DNA of 64,000 bases from Bacilli bacterium (GTDB lineage Bacteria > Bacillota_I > Bacilli_A > RFN20 > CAG-826), in contig JBMSKF010000001.1 in NCBI GenBank assembly GCA_049419605.1, positions 13,253-77,252 of the forward strand, given 5' to 3'. Position 1 is the stretch's first letter; each line of letters begins with the position of its first letter. Shown in pieces: positions 38,434 through 48,505 of the stretch. Below the pieces are notes generated by a model. That model had not been told where the DNA came from. It ran no database searches and saw only the letters and a program-made list of their open reading frames with translations. Made by a program: the position numbers and the translations under genes.

Positions 38434-40154
38434 AAAAGACTGCAACTGATCAATTCCAATTTTGGCTCCACCATCCTAAAGTATCGCCACAACTTAAAGA
38501 AGAACTCCAATCCTTAAATCCTGGTCAAATTGAGGATGCATTTTTCAAGGACATCGAATTTGGCACCGCAGGTATGCGCGGGATTATGGGTGTTGGTACA
38601 AACCGAATTAATGAATTCACAATTAAAAAAGCCACTGTTGCTTATGGGCTCATGTTACGTCAACATTATCCTCATTCATTACAAAGAGGTGTCGTTATCG
38701 CCCACGATAATCGTAGAAATGCTGATAGCTATACTACGTTAACTGCTCAAATCTTAAATAAAATGGGCATCCCTACCTATCTATTTTCAGAGTTAGTCCC
38801 TACACCATTATTGTCATATGCTGTTCGCCACTTACATTGTTTAGGTGGCATTATGTTAACAGCCTCTCACAATCCTAAAGAATATAATGGTTATAAAGTT
38901 TATGACGATCAAGGTTGCCAATTGGTTCCCCATAAAATCGAACCTTTATTATCCATCATCGCCTCTTTACCCGGACCTTTAGAAATAGAAGTTCCTTCAT
39001 TTGAACCTAAAGGTGGCATAAAGACAGTGCCAACTGAAGTTGAATCACAATACGTCCAATTAATTAAAGGGTTACAACTTCAACCTTCTTTATCTAAAAA
39101 GAATTTCAAAATCGTATTTTCACCCCAACATGGTGCCAGCTATCGGTTACTTCCTTCATTATTTCAATCTCTAGGTTATGATTTATTTGTCGTACCTGAA
39201 CAAAGTCAGCCCGACCCAGATTTTTCTGGAACTGTATCCCCCAATCCAGAAGAAAGAGTCGCCTATGAAAAAGCGATTGAATATGCCCAAGCGATGCATG
39301 CACAAATGGTGATGGTTGCCGATCCTGATGCTGATCGCGTAGGATTAGCGTATCGAGACGAAAAAGACCAATATCAATTGCTAGATGGTAACCAATCAGG
39401 GGCTTTGTTAATTGAATATCTATTCTCACAACGACAAAAACTAAAAAACTTACCATCAAACGGCGTTTTATATGACACCATTGTCACCTCTCCATTAGGT
39501 AGAAAAATAGCTCATCATTACAAAGTCAAAACTGAAACCTTTTTAACTGGGTTTAAGTTTATTGGCGATCGTATCGACTTTTATCAACATCATGCTGGAC
39601 CACAATTTCTCTTTGGTTATGAGGAATCATATGGTTGTTTGATTGGTGATTTTGTCCGAGATAAAGATGCAATTCAAGCCCTGACATTATATGCAGAAAT
39701 GGCGCTCCATCACGCCCATAATGGCGTGAATCTAGGTCAAGCGCTTGATCGTTTATATCAAACCTTTGGGTATCATTTAGATAAACAATTTTCATTAAGT
39801 CTGTCTGGTACTGAAGGTGAAAAATTTCTTCAAGAACTCATGGATAAGATTCGTAAAACACCTTTTAAACCTTTTCAACAATTTAGTGTCAAATTATTTG
39901 AAGATTACTTAATGCAAGTTTCTAAAGATGATCAAGGGCACGCCTCCACCATTTCATTACCCAAAGCTAATGTCTTAAAGTTAAGTTTTCATGATGGTTC
40001 AAGTATTATTGTTCGTCCTAGTGGCACGGAACCAAAATGCAAATTTTATTTCCTAATTAATGGCTCAAATTTAAAAGATACTGAATCGAAATTAGAGCAA
40101 TATTTAAAAGCTTTTTCTACACTTTATTTAAGTGCCGACAAACGTTTAAAATAA
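38430..40154 (+). CDS. pgcA: Phosphoglucomutase/phosphomannomutase (alpha-D-phosphohexomutase)
   Basis: TASHNPKEYNGYK active-site serine loop and the four-domain length. Confidence 0.85.
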   Translation: MKKTATDQFQFWLHHPKVSPQLKEELQSLNPGQIEDAFFKDIEFGTAGMRGIMGVGTNRINEFTIKKATVAYGLMLRQHYPHSLQRGVVIAHDNRRNADSYTTLTAQILNKMGIPTYLFSELVPTPLLSYAVRHLHCLGGIMLTASHNPKEYNGYKVYDDQGCQLVPHKIEPLLSIIASLPGPLEIEVPSFEPKGGIKTVPTEVESQYVQLIKGLQLQPSLSKKNFKIVFSPQHGASYRLLPSLFQSLGYDLFVVPEQSQPDPDFSGTVSPNPEERVAYEKAIEYAQAMHAQMVMVADPDADRVGLAYRDEKDQYQLLDGNQSGALLIEYLFSQRQKLKNLPSNGVLYDTIVTSPLGRKIAHHYKVKTETFLTGFKFIGDRIDFYQHHAGPQFLFGYEESYGCLIGDFVRDKDAIQALTLYAEMALHHAHNGVNLGQALDRLYQTFGYHLDKQFSLSLSGTEGEKFLQELMDKIRKTPFKPFQQFSVKLFEDYLMQVSKDDQGHASTISLPKANVLKLSFHDGSSIIVRPSGTEPKCKFYFLINGSNLKDTESKLEQYLKAFSTLYLSADKRLK

Positions 40155-40951
40155 CGATCTAGTTCATCAATAATACCATCGTGATGGTGATCTTTTTTTG
40201 TGATAAACTTACCATATTTTTTAATGGGAGCTTCTGCATTTTTCATCACATAACTAATTGGGGCGTAAGTTAACATTTCTCGATCATTTTCTGCATCACC
40301 AAAACTGATAAAATGTTTTCTAGAAATTCGATATTGCTTTAAAACCGATAACAGAGCAGAACCCTTAGAAATGTGACCATAATAGATTTCACAAAATGGA
40401 GATGTTCCCCAGAAACGAACCTTAATACCTCGATGTTTTTTAACCGCTTTATATACGATTTGATCAAGTTTAGGACTTCTTTTTTTAACTTTAAGAATCA
40501 TCGTCATGGGGTCTTCATTTAAGGTTTTTTCAAGGGGCCCATAAATGATATTCATGTTGTCATGCCAAAAAAAAGACGCTAGATTTTTCTCTTCTTTGAG
40601 TAACCAAATATTGACATTCGTTTCGCACATGACATTATCTAGATTTTGAATGCCAACATCCAAATAAATTTGTTTCACTATTTGTTGTGGGAACGCGAAA
40701 CTTCTAGATTGGAATTTGGGATCGGTAGGATTGGTTACATAAGCCCCGTTATAGCAAACCATCGGTGTATCTAAACCTAATTGCTCATAGTATTTAATAA
40801 ATGAACGGTAAGGACGGCCAGTTGCTAAAACAATAAGGTGGTCATGTTTTATTTTTCTTAAGTAATGCAAGGTAGCCTTGGAAATCTTTTTATCTTTATT
40901 GAGAAGAGTTCCATCAAGGTCAAGGGCTATTAAATGACGAGGAACTACCAT
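40124..40951 (-). CDS. Cof-type HAD-IIB phosphatase
   Basis: LIALDLDGTLL motif I and GDAENDREM motif IV. Confidence 0.75.
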   Translation of the reverse strand: MVVPRHLIALDLDGTLLNKDKKISKATLHYLRKIKHDHLIVLATGRPYRSFIKYYEQLGLDTPMVCYNGAYVTNPTDPKFQSRSFAFPQQIVKQIYLDVGIQNLDNVMCETNVNIWLLKEEKNLASFFWHDNMNIIYGPLEKTLNEDPMTMILKVKKRSPKLDQIVYKAVKKHRGIKVRFWGTSPFCEIYYGHISKGSALLSVLKQYRISRKHFISFGDAENDREMLTYAPISYVMKNAEAPIKKYGKFITKKDHHHDGIIDELDRYFKRLSALK

Positions 40952-41922
40952 AATCCAACTGCTTTCTTCACGCGTTGTAAGGTGGCGTTGGCGACTACTT
41001 GAGCGCGCTTGGCTCCCTGATTCAAAACTTCATTGACCATTCCCGAAGTCATAATTGATTGATAACGAGTTTGTAAATTTCCAATGGTATTCGTTACGAC
41101 ATCCGCGACTTTAGTCTTAAAAGCTCCATAGGTCATTCCTTGACAACTTAAAACAGTGTTCTCAATCGACTGATCAGTTAAGGAAGCAAGAATACTTATT
41201 AAGTTACTAATGCCTGGTTTTGAAGTTTCATCAAATTTAATTGAAGTATCAGAATCCGTGACAGCAGACATAATTTTTTTACGAATGCTCACTAAATCCT
41301 CTTTTAATTCAATATTTCCTTTAGGATCAGATTTCGACATTTTCTTGGTAGGATCTGAAAGTGACATCACACGAGCCCCAGTGGTTCCAAGTTGCGCTTT
41401 AGGCATCACTAGAATCTCGCCAAAACGGTGATTAAAGCGTTGGACCAAATCACGAGTCAATTCTAAATGCTGAACTTGATCTTCGCCAACGGGGACAACC
41501 TCAGCATCATAAAGTAAAATGTCACTTGCCATTAATACAGGATAAGCAAACAATCCTAAACCAATTGCTGAGTCTTTGAGTTGTTGAGATTTTTCTTTGA
41601 ATTGAGTCATTCTTGACAACTCACCCATATAAATAAAGTTTTGTAAAATTGCATTTAATTCAGCATGGGCAGAGACTTGAGATTGTAAAAAGATTGTACT
41701 TAAATTTGGATCTAATCCTGCCGCAAGGTAAAACGCTGCTAAATCAATAGCATTATCTTTTAATGTTTGCGGATCAATGGGTAGAGTCAAAGCATGTAAA
41801 TCGGCAATGAATAAAAAGGTTTGATATTGAGATTGAAAAGTCGGGAAGCGTTTTAAAGCCCCTATGTAATTGCCTAAAGTTAGACCGCCTGTAGGCTTAA
41901 TGCCGCTAATCATTCTTGCCAT
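40945..41922 (-). CDS. trpS: Tryptophanyl-tRNA synthetase
   Basis: class-I GIKPTGGLTLGNYIGA (HIGH-like) and KMSKS motifs. Confidence 0.9.
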   Translation of the reverse strand: MARMISGIKPTGGLTLGNYIGALKRFPTFQSQYQTFLFIADLHALTLPIDPQTLKDNAIDLAAFYLAAGLDPNLSTIFLQSQVSAHAELNAILQNFIYMGELSRMTQFKEKSQQLKDSAIGLGLFAYPVLMASDILLYDAEVVPVGEDQVQHLELTRDLVQRFNHRFGEILVMPKAQLGTTGARVMSLSDPTKKMSKSDPKGNIELKEDLVSIRKKIMSAVTDSDTSIKFDETSKPGISNLISILASLTDQSIENTVLSCQGMTYGAFKTKVADVVTNTIGNLQTRYQSIMTSGMVNEVLNQGAKRAQVVANATLQRVKKAVGLW

Positions 41923-42032
41923 AATTAACCTTTTTTATCTCTTTTCAAATCATTTTAGCAAATCCATTGTAAAGTTTCGATAATCATTAGGTAATTAGTA
42001 CCCAAAGGGGTATACTTAATCTAGGAAAAAAA

Positions 42033-42464
42033 ATGGTTAGGATTTACACTTCTCCGAGCTGCTCAAGTTGCCGGAAAGTTAAAATGTGGTTTGAGTTTGA
42101 AGGAATTCCATTTGAGTAACGAAATATTTTTTCCGCAACATTAAATGAATCTGAACTAAAAGAAATGTTAGAAAAATCTGAAAACGGAACTGAAGATATC
42201 ATTTCTACTCGAAGCAAAGTAATTAAAGAGCAAAATCTCGATGTTGAAAATATGTCCATTTCTCAATTAGTTGAATTCATTAGAGAAAACCCATCTGTAC
42301 TTAAAAGACCCATTATGGTTGATGATCGTCGCATTCAAGTTGGATATAACGAAGAAGAAATTAGAACTTTTATACCGCTATCAAAAAGACAATCATCTTT
42401 TAAAGAAAAAAATATTGACCCCTTAAAAAAAAAGGTCGCTAGATTTGACACGACTGAAAAATAA
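42033..42464 (+). pseudogene. spx: spx (ArsC-family global regulator) interrupted by an in-frame TAA at 42117-42119
   Basis: [33 protein letters not shown]...NGTEDIISTRSKV...LKRPIMVDDRRIQVGYNEEEIRTFIP aligns along its length with B. subtilis Spx; both halves are in one frame, separated by one stop codon. Confidence 0.7.
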
Positions 42465-42465
42465 T

Positions 42466-43041
42466 TTACTTTAGAGTTTTAATTGCTCTTGCGTATTTAG
42501 AAATTTGATTTGCTTTATATTCAATATTGGCTTTTTCACAAAGTAATTTTAAAGTTTCTGCAGCATTTTTAAGTGATGATTCTTCACTTTCAATTTCATA
42601 ATCGACCAAACCATGGTAAGTATTTTTATCAAGACAGACATGTCGACCTTCGAATTTGGTTTCATATCGGTCAGTTGTTAAGAAAGTGATTATTTTTAAG
42701 GTTGATGTATCAAAACCAAACATTTCAAGGAAATCCTTGATTAATCCAACTGGAAAAATAGATTGGTTTTGTAAGGCTAAATAAGCCTCTTTAGAAATTT
42801 GTTGATTCTTTTCAAGAGTGCCTTCTGCCATTGGAGACTTTAAGGTGAGTGTATAAGTTTGTGCTAATTCACGGATTCTTAGCGCAAAACCATAGCTCCG
42901 TAAAGATCCTTTTTGATCATCAACATAATAATTAGTTTGTGTTACTTTTAGCTTTTCATCGATTTGCAATAACGTTTTTAATTGATTAAATTCCTTCTCA
43001 TTTACAAGTATTTTTGCTTCAATTTCAATGTTTGTTGACAT
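42466..43041 (-). CDS. CYTH-domain protein (YjbK-like triphosphatase/class IV adenylyl cyclase fold)
   Basis: N-terminal IEIEAK glutamate motif of CYTH domains; position next to spx and nadK as in Bacillus. Confidence 0.7.
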   Translation of the reverse strand: MSTNIEIEAKILVNEKEFNQLKTLLQIDEKLKVTQTNYYVDDQKGSLRSYGFALRIRELAQTYTLTLKSPMAEGTLEKNQQISKEAYLALQNQSIFPVGLIKDFLEMFGFDTSTLKIITFLTTDRYETKFEGRHVCLDKNTYHGLVDYEIESEESSLKNAAETLKLLCEKANIEYKANQISKYARAIKTLK

Positions 43042-43110
43042 AAGTTTTCCTCTTTTTATAGTGGTCTCCTTTATATGATAAAATAAATTACGTTAATATA
43101 CCAAAACATT

Positions 43111-43899
43111 ATGAAATACACTTTAATGGTAAGAGAAGACCAACAGTCCAACTTGATTGCCAAGAAATTGGAAACGAAATTAAAAGATGCTGGTCATCAA
43201 CAAAATCAAGAAAAACCAGATGTTGTAATCTTTATTGGTGGAGATGGCTCCTTTTTAAGATCGATTCAAACATTTTTAGATCGGTTGGATCAAGTTACCT
43301 TTGTTGGCATTCATACTGGAACTCTTGGCTTTTTTTGTGAGTTTTATCCTGATCAGCTAGACCTACTCGTTAAAGCAATGCCGTCCATGCGCCGAGACAG
43401 TAAGGTTTATCCTCTAATAGAAATTTCTTTATTAGGAAAAAAAGTAAGCTCCTATTACGCGGTCAATGAAGTAAGAGTTGAAAATCCATTTCATACTTTT
43501 GTTACGGATGTGATGATTGACAATCAACACTTACAAACGTTCCGAGGGACTGGACTTATCGTATCAAGTACACTAGGAAGTAGTGCATACAATAAAAGTT
43601 TAGGTGGCGCTCTCGTGGATGTCTTGACTCCAAGTTTACAATTAACAGAAATGGCAACAATACAAAACAATGCTTATCGTTCACTTGGTAGTTCACTTGT
43701 ATTGGACGCCAAACGCGTCATAACTTTTGAAGGCGATTTTAAGAAAGCAATTTTTGGATACGATTATCTATTAGTCAATTCAGAAGAACTCGTTGAAAAG
43801 GTTCGTGTACAAACCAGTAAAAAAACTTATCGCCTATATCATCAAAAACAACATCCTTATTTTGATACGTTAAAGAAAACTTTTGTTAAGAACAAATAA
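43111..43899 (+). CDS. nadK: NAD kinase
   Basis: GGDGSFLR and NEVRV motifs. Confidence 0.85.
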   Translation: MKYTLMVREDQQSNLIAKKLETKLKDAGHQQNQEKPDVVIFIGGDGSFLRSIQTFLDRLDQVTFVGIHTGTLGFFCEFYPDQLDLLVKAMPSMRRDSKVYPLIEISLLGKKVSSYYAVNEVRVENPFHTFVTDVMIDNQHLQTFRGTGLIVSSTLGSSAYNKSLGGALVDVLTPSLQLTEMATIQNNAYRSLGSSLVLDAKRVITFEGDFKKAIFGYDYLLVNSEELVEKVRVQTSKKTYRLYHQKQHPYFDTLKKTFVKNK

Positions 43900-43902
43900 A
43901 AC

Positions 43903-45579
43903 TCATGAACCCCGGTTCATGATTACAGGAATGATCATGGGGTTCCGTTGAGTTTTGATAAATAAGTATTTTCCAACCACTTCTTTGATTGTATTTTTTA
44001 ACTCAGAAAAAGAAACGCGATTTTTCATCAATAGTTTTAATCTTTCTTCGAGTTTAAATTCAGCATTTTTTAGCATGTCATTCGCTGATTGAAATACGAA
44101 ACCTAATGCAGTAATCGTAGGTTTGATAAGTAATTGGTTGTTTTTAGCATCAATAACGACCGATACGGAGACAACCCCATCATCAGCGAGAATTTTACGA
44201 TCACGAATCACTGCTGTGGACAATCCATTAATATCCTTGCCATCAATATAAACCGCTTCTGCAGGAACTTGCCCACCGCGACTTACTTGATGGTTTTTGA
44301 GATGCAACACATCTCCATTACGACAAATAAAGGAATTTTGTTTTGCAATCCCTAATGTTTCTGCGATTTCAGTGTGTAGTTTTAACATGCGATATTCACC
44401 ATGCATGGGCATGAAGAAACGAGGTTTAAATAGTTTTAGCATGAGTCGGAGTTCCTGTCTTGCAGGGTGACCCGATGAGTGGACATTAAATAAAATTGAA
44501 TTAGTTAAGACATTGGCCCCCGCCCTTGTCAGTTGGTTGACAACTCGATTGATACTTAATCCATTTCCAGGAATTGGACTTGAAGAGAAAACTACGGTGT
44601 CTCCAGGAACTATTTTAACTTGACGATGGTCCCCTTTAGCAATTCGAGATAGTGCTGCCATGGGTTCCCCTTGTGAACCGGTACAGATGATGACGGTTTC
44701 TTCTAAACGTAAACTTCGAATGTCATCAGATGCCACGATTGAGGAATCTGGGATGCGAATATAACCCAATTGTCTAGACATACTAACTGCATTTTCCATG
44801 GAACGACCAATAATCACTAATTTCTTTTTATGGGTTACCGCCGCTTCGACGATTTGTTGAATCCGAGAAATGTTACTGGAAAAGGTGGAAACGATTAATC
44901 GGCCACTTGCGTTTTCAAAGATATCATTGATCGCAGAAATAACACTTCTTTCAGAAGGGGTGTACCCTTCAATTTCTGCATTGGTAGAATCTGAAAGGAG
45001 TAAATCTACGCCTTCTGTCCCAAGTTTTGCAATTTTACCAAGATTAATTTCTGCACCAACTGGCGTTAAATCAATTTTAAAATCTCCCGTTGTGACGACC
45101 CTACCTTCGGGGGTGTCCACACAAATACCAAAGCAATCTGGAATCGAGTGAGTCATACTAAAAAATGAAATTTTAAATTCATTAATATTAAGGACTGTAT
45201 CCTCATCATATTCAACAATTTTAACTGGCTCTTTAATTCTTTGGTCTTGGAGTTTGTGTCTAATAAATGCAGCAGCAAGGCGCGGGGCATAGATGACTGG
45301 TACAAAAACATGTTGCACTAAAAAAGGAATTCCACCAATATGATCTTCATGACCATGTGTGACAATCAAGGCTCTAAATTTCTTTTGGTTATTTTTAATG
45401 TGAGAATAATCAGGAATGACATAATCAACACCAGGTAAATCTTCCTCAGGAAACCTTACCCCTGCATCAATTAGAATCAGTGTTTTTTCTGATTCAACAC
45501 CATATGTATTCTTTCCTACTTCACCCAGGCCTCCCAGGGCAAAAACTGAAACACCATTCTGACCAGCACTAAACGCCAT
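43903..45579 (-). CDS. rnj: Ribonuclease J
   Basis: metallo-beta-lactamase HGHEDHIGG motif, beta-CASP domain and C-terminal domain. Confidence 0.9.
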   Translation of the reverse strand: MAFSAGQNGVSVFALGGLGEVGKNTYGVESEKTLILIDAGVRFPEEDLPGVDYVIPDYSHIKNNQKKFRALIVTHGHEDHIGGIPFLVQHVFVPVIYAPRLAAAFIRHKLQDQRIKEPVKIVEYDEDTVLNINEFKISFFSMTHSIPDCFGICVDTPEGRVVTTGDFKIDLTPVGAEINLGKIAKLGTEGVDLLLSDSTNAEIEGYTPSERSVISAINDIFENASGRLIVSTFSSNISRIQQIVEAAVTHKKKLVIIGRSMENAVSMSRQLGYIRIPDSSIVASDDIRSLRLEETVIICTGSQGEPMAALSRIAKGDHRQVKIVPGDTVVFSSSPIPGNGLSINRVVNQLTRAGANVLTNSILFNVHSSGHPARQELRLMLKLFKPRFFMPMHGEYRMLKLHTEIAETLGIAKQNSFICRNGDVLHLKNHQVSRGGQVPAEAVYIDGKDINGLSTAVIRDRKILADDGVVSVSVVIDAKNNQLLIKPTITALGFVFQSANDMLKNAEFKLEERLKLLMKNRVSFSELKNTIKEVVGKYLFIKTQRNPMIIPVIMNRGS

Positions 45580-45671
45580 AAAAAACTCCTTTGATGAACA
45601 TAATGAATCTATGCATCGTCTTAATTAGTTAAATTATAATCATTGATGGAAGAAATGTAAAGGAATTACGG

Positions 45672-46226
45672 TTATAGGAGAATCGCGTTTGCTTTTTCTT
45701 TAAATGGATCTTTTTTATCTAAATAATCATAAAAAAGGATACCATTTAAATGATCAATCTCATGTTGAAGAACGATTGCATCAAATCCCTCTGCTTGAAT
45801 CACAATCTCTTTATTTTGAATCAAATCAAAAGCTTTAACTGTAATTTTATTTGCTCGATAAACATACCCTGGATGTTCTGAAGGCACAGACAAACAACCC
45901 TCGCCAGAGGATAAGGCAATTTGTTTAACAGATTGAGCTACGATAACCGGATTCGCTAACATATATTCTGTCTTAATGTCACCTTTTTGATAACTGATTG
46001 CAGTTAAGCGTTTGCTAATTCCAACTTGTGGCGCTGCTAATCCAATGCCTTCTCGAATTTTATATTTTTCTGCATATGCCTTATCTTGGGAAAGATGAAC
46101 ATAATTTAAAAGATCTTTCAACAAATCTGTATCCTCTTTGGATAAGGGGAGAGGTACAGGGATTGCTCGTTTTCTTAATATTTCATGCGGATCTTGAACC
46201 ACTTTAAGTCTTTTCATAGTTTTCAC
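45672..46226 (-). CDS. def: Peptide deformylase
   Basis: GIGLAAPQ, EGCLS and HEIDHLNG motifs. Confidence 0.88.
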   Translation of the reverse strand: MKTMKRLKVVQDPHEILRKRAIPVPLPLSKEDTDLLKDLLNYVHLSQDKAYAEKYKIREGIGLAAPQVGISKRLTAISYQKGDIKTEYMLANPVIVAQSVKQIALSSGEGCLSVPSEHPGYVYRANKITVKAFDLIQNKEIVIQAEGFDAIVLQHEIDHLNGILFYDYLDKKDPFKEKANAILL

Positions 46227-46274
46227 TTTATCATAATTTTCATTGATTCGGCATCGATTTAGTTGTGTTAAAGT

Positions 46275-46640
46275 ATGGATATGAGTTACGCAGAACTAAT
46301 CACCCTTGCGCATCAATTGAAGGAAACGTTGGAAGAAGACCATCGCGTAGTTTTATTGAATCAACTCGACCAACAACTCAATCAAAATCAAACCTTACTT
46401 GCCCTTAGTGAATCTTACCAACGTGCTCAAGCAAATTATCAAGCGATGTGGGAAAGTTATGGTGATGATAGTCCGCATTTATTAAGAGCGAGGGCTGAAC
46501 TCCATCAAGTTAAATTACAAGTTGATTCCCATCCATTAGTTAGAGATTATTTAAAAACGTATGGTCAAGTAAGAGAAATATATCAAACAATACAACATAA
46601 AATTTTTGCCCCTTTCAAATCCCATCCACCTGGTTGTTAA
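46275..46640 (+). CDS. YlbF/YmcA-like (UPF0342) helical regulator
   Basis: size, helical composition and position upstream of rsmD-coaD as in B. subtilis (ylbF-ylbH-coaD); weak motif support. Confidence 0.45.
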   Translation: MDMSYAELITLAHQLKETLEEDHRVVLLNQLDQQLNQNQTLLALSESYQRAQANYQAMWESYGDDSPHLLRARAELHQVKLQVDSHPLVRDYLKTYGQVREIYQTIQHKIFAPFKSHPPGC

Positions 46641-47188
46641 TTATGCTAAGAATTATCGGTGGCAAATTTCGTTCAAGGCTACTGGCTCAACCTCCATTAA
46701 ATTTAACAAGACCCACCAAAGATCGAGTGAGAGAGGCTATTTTTTCTGCAATTGGAAATAAAGTTATCAATGCGGTGGTGCTCGATTTATTTGCCGGCTC
46801 CGGTGCTTATGGTTTTGAAGCAATCTCTAGAGGGGCAACTTCAGTCTATTTTAATGATTCTCATTCCGAAGCGATCAAAGTGATTGAAACCAATGCCGCT
46901 AACTTAAAAATTAATCAATATAAGATTACACAGCTTGAAAGTATAAAATTTATTCAATTGGCTTCTGAAAATCAACTCCAATTTGATATCGTTTTTTTGG
47001 ATCCTCCCTATGCATTTGAAGAGCTACAAAATCTATTCAAACAACTTTTTACTTCAAACCTTCTCAAATCTAATGCGGTTGTAGTCTATGAATCTGAAAA
47101 TAAAGTATGCAATTTCAACGATGACACCATGAGGACAAAGACTTATAATTATGGAAGAACGTATGTTCATATAGGTTGGAAACAATAA
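46634..47188 (+). CDS. rsmD: 16S rRNA (guanine966-N2)-methyltransferase RsmD
   Basis: DLFAGSGAYGFEA SAM-binding motif and DPPY motif. Confidence 0.85.
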   Translation: MLIMLRIIGGKFRSRLLAQPPLNLTRPTKDRVREAIFSAIGNKVINAVVLDLFAGSGAYGFEAISRGATSVYFNDSHSEAIKVIETNAANLKINQYKITQLESIKFIQLASENQLQFDIVFLDPPYAFEELQNLFKQLFTSNLLKSNAVVVYESENKVCNFNDDTMRTKTYNYGRTYVHIGWKQ

Positions 47189-47682
47189 TGAAAATTGCCA
47201 TCTATCCTGGAAGTTTCGATCCCATTACCAACGGCCATATTGATATTTTGAATCGCGCTTTGAAAATATTCGATCGTGTTATCTTACTATTAGCAGTCAA
47301 TCCAAATAAACAAAGCACTTTTTCTTTAGCGGATAGAAAGTCAATGCTAATAGAGATTGCGAAATCATATGGTGCCGATCGCGTTATCGTCGATAGTACC
47401 GAAGGCTTAACGATCCGCTACGCCCAATCTCAGTCCGCGATCGCTCTTGTAAGAGGATTGAGAACAGTTCCAGATTTTGAATATGAACATGATATCTTTT
47501 CTGGAAACCAATTAATTGATGCCAATATTGAAATGGTCTTTTTTATGGCAAAGCAACCTCATCAAATTATTTCTTCAAGTCTTATAAAACAGCTATATAT
47601 GAATAACGTCGATATTACCTCTCTAGTTCCTAAAGTAATCTTGCCATATTTTAAAAACTTAAAACTTAACGTAAAGCAATAA
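47188..47682 (+). CDS. coaD: Phosphopantetheine adenylyltransferase
   Basis: YPGSFDPITNGH (HxGH) motif; ATG overlaps the rsmD stop (TAATG). Confidence 0.9.
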   Translation: MKIAIYPGSFDPITNGHIDILNRALKIFDRVILLLAVNPNKQSTFSLADRKSMLIEIAKSYGADRVIVDSTEGLTIRYAQSQSAIALVRGLRTVPDFEYEHDIFSGNQLIDANIEMVFFMAKQPHQIISSSLIKQLYMNNVDITSLVPKVILPYFKNLKLNVKQ

Positions 47683-48454
47683 ACGACACATGTCGACCTG
47701 TCTTTTGATCGCGATCAAAAGAAAAGAAATCTTGAGGGTTAGAATAAGTATCTAGATTACTCATTTTAATTGACCTTGGAGATAAACCAGCATCCACCAA
47801 TTGTAAATAATTAAGTAATGGAATATCTAAATAATAATTGTCTCCAATTTTTTTTATCACTTCGGCTAATCTTGAATTTTGGTGAATCAAATCATTCGCT
47901 CTTTGAAAGGAGATGGGATGATGGGCGAAGTCTAATGAAGGCCCTAAAGTTGCTTGTAAATCATTTGGATTAATCTTCATTTCAACTCTTAGTTGATCGA
48001 TCACTTTTTGACTAATTCCTTCAAGACTTCCGGGTGTGCCAGCATGGATAACGGCAATGAAATCCATCTTATTATGACTAATAAAAACGGGTACACAATC
48101 TGCGTGAAAAATTCCAATTAGAATATTTTTTTCCGTGGTATATAGAGCATCGGCAGGAACGCCATCACTAAATTCATGGTTTCCCCTTCCAGCATCCTCT
48201 CGATGAACACGTTTAAGGATTGTACTATGGGATTGATAGGTGAAAGCCATTTGCGAACGAGGGATATTAATCAAGTTTGAAAAAGTATCACGATTTTTTT
48301 CTACATTGAGCTTATAGTCTCCGGTATGAAATGCTAAGTTAAAGCTGGTAAATTGACCTTTAGAATAACCACCATGTCGCATCGTGGTTCCTGCAATAAG
48401 GTTTGGTTGATTGATCGCGAACCAAATTGATTTATTCATAAAATTATTATACAA
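47666..48454 (-). CDS. pgeF: YfiH/PgeF (DUF152, purine nucleoside phosphorylase LACC1-type) family protein
   Basis: RHGGYS..FN N-terminal motif and conserved His/Cys residues of the DUF152 family. Confidence 0.75.
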   Translation of the reverse strand: MYNNFMNKSIWFAINQPNLIAGTTMRHGGYSKGQFTSFNLAFHTGDYKLNVEKNRDTFSNLINIPRSQMAFTYQSHSTILKRVHREDAGRGNHEFSDGVPADALYTTEKNILIGIFHADCVPVFISHNKMDFIAVIHAGTPGSLEGISQKVIDQLRVEMKINPNDLQATLGPSLDFAHHPISFQRANDLIHQNSRLAEVIKKIGDNYYLDIPLLNYLQLVDAGLSPRSIKMSNLDTYSNPQDFFSFDRDQKTGRHVSFIALR

Positions 48455-48505
48455 AAAAACGTTCCCTTTCGGAAACGTTTTGAAGTTAAATTAGTGAATG
48501 TCGAA

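Noticed and set aside
41923-42032. T-box leader for trpS
   Set aside because: Only about 110 nt of divergent intergenic space is available, with no T-box consensus (AGGGUGGNACCGCG) and no specifier architecture.
42044-42259. Minus-strand 71-aa ORF overlapping spx
   Set aside because: It is antisense to a region with excellent Spx homology on the plus strand.
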